Assembly (NCBI GenBank): GCA_963692915.1
Contig: OY843584.1
Location: 128,001 to 192,000, forward strand
Direction of reading: 5' to 3'
Length of the DNA: 64,000 nucleotides
From: Cenarchaeum sp.
Lineage (GTDB): Archaea; Thermoproteota; Nitrososphaeria; Nitrososphaerales; Nitrosopumilaceae
Shown: positions 59,687 through 64,000 of the stretch, in pieces
How the letters are laid out: every line of letters starts with the position of its first letter
How positions within the stretch are numbered: the stretch's first letter is position 1
Program-made: the position numbers and the translations under genes
Notes under the pieces: model-generated
Told to the model about the DNA's origin: nothing
Seen by the model: only the letters and a program-made list of their open reading frames with translations
Databases searched by the model: none

Positions 59687-60452
59687 CGCGGCGCGCAATT
59701 CGCGCAGCGGCGGCCCCGCCGCCGATTCCATTGTCAATGTTCACCGTTGCGAGTCCCGGCGAGCAGCTCTGCAGCATGGATGCCAGCGCGGCGGCCCCGC
59801 GGCCGGCGTGGCCGTACCCGACTGACGTCGGGATGCCGATGACGGGTATGTCAACTAGCGAGGAGACGACTGTGGCGAGGGCTCCCTCCATTCCGGCCAC
59901 GACAATGATCGCCCCGACGTCGCCTTGAACCATTCGCTCCACTGCCGGAAACACCCTTCCGAGGGCCGCAATCCCGACGTCATACTCGGTTGCGCACTTG
60001 CAGTCCATGGCCTCGCACATGAGGCGGGCCTCCTCGGCGACGCCAATGTCTGACGTGCCGGCGGCCATTATGCCGACGCGCCCTAGTGTGCGCCGCCGGC
60101 GCCCCTTTTTGGCCAGCACGGCAGTCGAGCGGCGCGCAAGCGTGACGCTTGCGCCCAGTGACCTGAGGTGGGCAGCCAGCGCGCCCCTCTCCCTTGCGCG
60201 AACCCTCGAGACTAGCGCGACGCCCGAGCTCTTGAGGAGCCTTGATGCTATTGCCCTAGTCTCGGCTGCAGTCTTTGTCGAGGCTAGGACGACCTCGGGT
60301 GCGCCGGTTCGATCGCGCCTTGATGTGTCCACGCGCGCAAATCCGCCGACGCGCTCTATGGAGTTGAGCGAGATTAGCGTTCGCGCGCGCCGCGCGCCAA
60401 TGCGCCCTGACTGCAGCGACTCTAGTATCTCGTTGAGCTCCATCACGCGCAT
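59679..60452 (-). CDS. larB: Nickel-pincer cofactor biosynthesis protein LarB
   Basis: AGTSD, DVGIA, AGMEGAL, PTSVGYG, VNIDNG. Confidence 0.88.
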   Translation of the reverse strand: MRVMELNEILESLQSGRIGARRARTLISLNSIERVGGFARVDTSRRDRTGAPEVVLASTKTAAETRAIASRLLKSSGVALVSRVRARERGALAAHLRSLGASVTLARRSTAVLAKKGRRRRTLGRVGIMAAGTSDIGVAEEARLMCEAMDCKCATEYDVGIAALGRVFPAVERMVQGDVGAIIVVAGMEGALATVVSSLVDIPVIGIPTSVGYGHAGRGAAALASMLQSCSPGLATVNIDNGIGGGAAAARIARRAR

Positions 60453-60474
60453 TCTGCTGTGTGCGGATAAATAC

Positions 60475-61383
60475 CTAGATGCCTGCTATGGCCGCCTTTA
60501 CGCTAGCTGCTGCCGCATCAAGGACACCGCGCTCGGCCTCGTTTAGGTCGAGCTCGACTATGCTCTCGACACCGTTGCGGCCTATGATGGCCGGCACGCC
60601 AAGCGCAATCCCAGAGTGGCCATACTCGCCCTCGAGGGGAGTAGAGACCGGTATGAGCTGCTTTTTGTCGCGCACGATCGACTCGATGAGCGCGGCTATG
60701 GCGTTTCCTGGGGCGTGAACAGTCGCGCCCTTTAGGGATATGACCTTGGCGGCGACCTTTTTTGTCGACTCTACAATCTCGTCTAGCTTTTCGCGCGGGA
60801 GCATGTCAGTCAGCGGTATTCCGGAGACTGAGGAATGGCGGACGAGGGGCAGCATGTTCACGCCGTGCTCGCCGATGACTAGTCCCCTTATCGAGTCGCG
60901 CGACTTGCCAGTTGCCCCGTGTATGAACTCCCTAAAGCGCGACAGGTCAAGCATCCCGCCCATGCCCACGATGCGGCTCCTCTCAAAGCCTGACTCCTTG
61001 TGGGCCACGTGAACCATGGGATCAAGCGGGTTTGTCACCGGTATTATGATCGAGTCTGGCGCGTGCCTTTTCGTCTCGGTCACGACGCTTGTGACGACCT
61101 TTGAGTTTATCTTTAGGAGGTCCATGCGCGTCATGCCGGGCTTGCGACCTGCGCCGGCCACGACGACCACAATGTCCGAACCGGCCATCTCGGCATAGTC
61201 GTTGGAGCCGCGGACATTGACGTCGATTCCCAGCTCGGCGAGTGCATGGCTCGTGTCCATCGCCTCGCCCTGCGGGAGGCCTTCTGCAATGTCGAGGAGG
61301 AGTATCTCGGTGTCTAGCCTGCGCAGCGCGCTAAAGAGGGCAGCGTCGCCGCCGACCTTGCCAGAGCCCACAATCGTGATCAT
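60475..61383 (-). CDS. mdh: Malate dehydrogenase (LDH-like)
   Basis: [27 protein letters not shown]. Confidence 0.93.
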   Translation of the reverse strand: MITIVGSGKVGGDAALFSALRRLDTEILLLDIAEGLPQGEAMDTSHALAELGIDVNVRGSNDYAEMAGSDIVVVVAGAGRKPGMTRMDLLKINSKVVTSVVTETKRHAPDSIIIPVTNPLDPMVHVAHKESGFERSRIVGMGGMLDLSRFREFIHGATGKSRDSIRGLVIGEHGVNMLPLVRHSSVSGIPLTDMLPREKLDEIVESTKKVAAKVISLKGATVHAPGNAIAALIESIVRDKKQLIPVSTPLEGEYGHSGIALGVPAIIGRNGVESIVELDLNEAERGVLDAAAASVKAAIAGI

Positions 61384-61434
61384 CTGTGCGCAGGGGCTCT
61401 GCGCTGCGTAATTAAACCTAGTGTGGTCTTTGGG

Positions 61435-61530
61435 TATGGAATCTGCACCCGTGTCTGCTCATGCTTGGGCAGGCACCGCAGCGGCAAGTGGATCGGCAGG
61501 CTCGGCGCCTATTTGAGCAGGCGGACATTG
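61435..61530. mobile_element. Degenerate, right-truncated MITE-like copy
   Basis: TATGGAATCTGCACCC...TCATGCTTGGGCAGGCACCG...GATCGGCAGG...CGCCTATTTG colinear with the 17945 copy. Confidence 0.65.
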
Positions 61531-61531
61531 C

Positions 61532-62131
61532 CTAGAGTGAGAATTCTCGATATTCTTGTGCCTGCGCGCTCCATGTTCCGAGCAGAGACCCCGCAATGTC
61601 ATCATACACCCTGGGCACGCGCTCTTGGTTGATTATGAACCAGTTGTGCGCCTCCTCGATCATCTCCTCGCGCGTGAGCGTCCTGCCCCCTGCGCGCATC
61701 TTGTCCTCAATATAGCACAGCGTCGAGGCGATCTCGAGCCACTCGACGTCATCGATGCGCTCGCGCGCGAGCTCAACAAACTCTTCTCTGCGGCTCCATT
61801 CCTGCGCGGGCTCTGAGTGCAGGTCCTTGAGCCCCCAGATGTCGACCTCGAACCCAAACGCGTGGGGGCTAGTCATGCTCCAGTCATAGACGTACCTCTC
61901 CAGGTTGGGGCAGTCGAGCCTATGCTTTGCAAAGTAGACGAGTATGTTCAGGGCCAGGGACACGGCGTTGCTCTTCCAGCTCTGATACATGTCGCACGGG
62001 ATGACGCCGGCGTCACAGAGGACATGAAGTATGGGAACCGGGGATCCGGGGACGATCATGCCCCCGTTGGGGAGCGACTCGGTCGGCACCATCCTGTGCC
62101 CCTCGGCATTGACGTATCCCTGATCCTGCAT
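61532..62131 (-). CDS. Divergent YwgA/Panacea-like protein, copy A
   Basis: ILVYFAK...YVYDW...SPH...WLEIASTLCYI; paralog of 62873..63448; TTATAA ~25 nt upstream. Confidence 0.65.
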   Translation of the reverse strand: MQDQGYVNAEGHRMVPTESLPNGGMIVPGSPVPILHVLCDAGVIPCDMYQSWKSNAVSLALNILVYFAKHRLDCPNLERYVYDWSMTSPHAFGFEVDIWGLKDLHSEPAQEWSRREEFVELARERIDDVEWLEIASTLCYIEDKMRAGGRTLTREEMIEEAHNWFIINQERVPRVYDDIAGSLLGTWSAQAQEYREFSL

Positions 62132-62285
62132 CGGACAGGAAACGGCCACTGGAGCTTATAATCCTATCCTGAGATACCGCTTTAACCACGAATGTGCACG
62201 GGCAGCCGTCTCCCAAAGACTGACTACCTGATCGTGGAGTATTCGGGATTGGTCGCCATCTCTGCCACATGGCACAATATCTGGG

Positions 62286-62876
62286 CTATGCGCGCGCTAG
62301 ATCCTCGCGCACGTTCTTGCCCCGTGTCTCTCTGATGTACTTGGATATTTTCATTGCAGACCCTTGAATCCACTGGATATCGGAGATATGGACGGTGTCT
62401 TTTTGCAGGTTGCTTATCATTTGATCGACTATACCGAGCGGCTGTGTCCTGAAGCTGCGCTCCACCCTGGCGCTGACCACTGCGCTCTTTATGCTATAGA
62501 CGTGCATTATGAACATCACCCTGTGGTGATCTGGAACAGTTGCCCTTTGTGGTTCTATAGACGACTTGAAGAGTGCCTTTATGGTACGCTGGCACATCTT
62601 GTGCAGGATTGATAGTGACTGGAGCACAGAGTCAGTCTCCTCGCCATACCGAAACCTCTCTGCCTGTTGGGTTGTCGTGTAGCTGAACACGCCTAGCACG
62701 TATGCATAGTATCCGCATATGACGGCCACCCCTAGCGCCATCAGGGACGTTAGCAGCGAAATGGCGCCATAGGCGCTTCCTGTTGCGATCAAGGTGCTCC
62801 AATAGATCGCCACTAGCCCGCCGCCTATGACTCCGGCAGGAAGCATTCCCAGGGTGAGAATTCTTGATATTCTCAT
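62286..62876 (-). CDS. Hypothetical membrane protein (2 N-terminal TM helices)
   Basis: 196 aa; ATGA overlap with the upstream gene. Confidence 0.7.
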   Translation of the reverse strand: MRISRILTLGMLPAGVIGGGLVAIYWSTLIATGSAYGAISLLTSLMALGVAVICGYYAYVLGVFSYTTTQQAERFRYGEETDSVLQSLSILHKMCQRTIKALFKSSIEPQRATVPDHHRVMFIMHVYSIKSAVVSARVERSFRTQPLGIVDQMISNLQKDTVHISDIQWIQGSAMKISKYIRETRGKNVREDLARA

Positions 62877-63448
62877 GGCTGCGCACCACCCGTTCCGAGA
62901 AGCGACCCCGCAATGTCGTCATACACCTTGGGCACGCGCTCTTGGTTGATTATGAACCAGCCGCGCGCCTCCTCGATCATCTCCTCGCGCGTGAGCGTCC
63001 TGGACTCTGCGCGCATCTCGTCCTCAATGTAGCACAGCGTCGAGGCGATCTCGAGCCACTCGACGTCATCGATGCGCTCGCGCGCGAGCCTGACAAACTC
63101 TTCGCTCCTGTCCCACTCTTGCGCGGGCTCTGAGTGCAGGTCCTTAAGCCCCCAGATGTCAACCTCGAACCCAAACGCGTGCGGGCTGGTCATGCCCCAG
63201 TCATAGACATACCTCTCCAGGTTGGGGCAGCCAAGCCTGTGCTTTGCAAAGTAGACGAGTATGTTCAGGGCCAGGCGCGTGGAGTTGCTCTTCCAGCTCT
63301 GATACATGTCGCACGGGATGACGCTGGCATCGCAGAGGACGTGGAGTATGGGAACCGGGGATCCGGGGACGATCACGCCCCCGTTGGGGATCGACTCAGT
63401 CGGCACCATCCTGTACCCCTCGGCATTGACGTGTCCCTGATCCTGCAT
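62873..63448 (-). CDS. Divergent YwgA/Panacea-like protein, copy B
   Basis: As copy A; coupled to the membrane protein gene. Confidence 0.65.
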   Translation of the reverse strand: MQDQGHVNAEGYRMVPTESIPNGGVIVPGSPVPILHVLCDASVIPCDMYQSWKSNSTRLALNILVYFAKHRLGCPNLERYVYDWGMTSPHAFGFEVDIWGLKDLHSEPAQEWDRSEEFVRLARERIDDVEWLEIASTLCYIEDEMRAESRTLTREEMIEEARGWFIINQERVPKVYDDIAGSLLGTGGAQP

Positions 63449-63498
63449 CGGACAGGAAGCGGCTCCCGGAGCTTATAATCCTACCCTGAGATCCTGCG

Positions 63499-63560
63499 TA
63501 TGGGGCAGGCACCACTGACCATTCGGCCAGATGGGCATTGATCCTGCCGGTGCGCCAGCA
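63499..63560. mobile_element. Degenerate partial MITE-like copy next to IS481
   Basis: TATGGGGCAGGCACC...CATTCGGCCAGATGGGCATTGATCCTGCCG aligns to the start of the 37816 copy. Confidence 0.5.
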
Positions 63561-63576
63561 TTATCGTCGGCCACGC

Positions 63577-64000
63577 TGTTTTATACGAAAAGTAGTAGAC
63601 TCACTCATTCGAGTCCACCTCCATCCACCTCGGGTTCTCCGCCCGGACCCGCCCGTCGGCCCTGCGCCTCCTGTAGGCCAGCAGGGGCGTCTCGCCGCCC
63701 TTGATGTCCAGGGCGAAGTGGAGGCGCCTCTCGTTGTAGTACGCGATGAACTCGGGGACCCCGCCAAAGTGGCCGATCTCCGTCTCGAGCGTCTGGAAGA
63801 ACCTCTCGACCTTGCCGTTGGTCTGGGGGTGGCGGACGCGCGCCATGAGGTGCGCTATGTCGCGGTCCAGCAGCTCCCGCTCGAAGAGCGTCGGCGTCCA
63901 GCTGCGGCTCGGCGTGCCGCGCCGGCTTGCCGTGAACTGCGTGCCGTGGTCCGAGAGGATCTGCGCCGGCGCGCCAAACATCCTGATCGCCTTTCGCAGC
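63577..64000 (-). mobile_element. IS481-family element, second copy (runs off window)
   Basis: Same TIR and apparently identical sequence to 46029-46452; transposase C-terminus at 63601 onward. Confidence 0.93.

Larger units (their letters stand above)
61537..63492. repeat. Direct duplication of ~640 bp (61537-62174 and 62854-63492)
   Basis: Highly similar gene plus promoter (GAGCTTATAATCCTA.CCTGAGAT) in both copies. Confidence 0.92.

Noticed and set aside
1084-61411. Many long antisense or alternative-frame ORFs (e.g. 1084..1926, 7626..8522, 33856..35034, 46198..47139)
   Set aside because: Shadow ORFs of GC-rich genes that overlap confidently identified CDSs

Overview
Window from a GC-rich ammonia-oxidising archaeon (Nitrososphaerota, Nitrosopumilaceae/Cenarchaeum-like; a host-associated lifestyle is inference only). 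The backbone is thaumarchaeal core: amoC, and about 45 kb away amoZ/amoY candidates, amoX and amoA (no amoB in the window), nirK, 3HP/4HB-cycle enzymes, cobalamin (cobY/cobS/cbiB/cbiP/cobD), purine, folate and ribosomal genes, tRNA-Ala(CGC) and tRNA-Thr(GGT). Accessory loci: (1) an AT-rich Type III R-M island whose mod gene is out of frame at a C11 homopolymer, a candidate archaeal phase-variable methyltransferase; (2) a ~110-bp MITE-like repeat family with 2 intact and about 4 decayed copies at accessory loci; (3) two apparently identical IS481 copies, one with a 15-bp TSD immediately upstream of the amoA TATA box; (4) Panacea/YwgA-like proteins paired with an HD phosphohydrolase or a membrane protein (candidate TA/defence modules); (5) a tandem duplication encoding small membrane peptides; (6) a small orphan operon beside tRNA-Ala. 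All calls come from reading the sequence by eye; no database searches were run.
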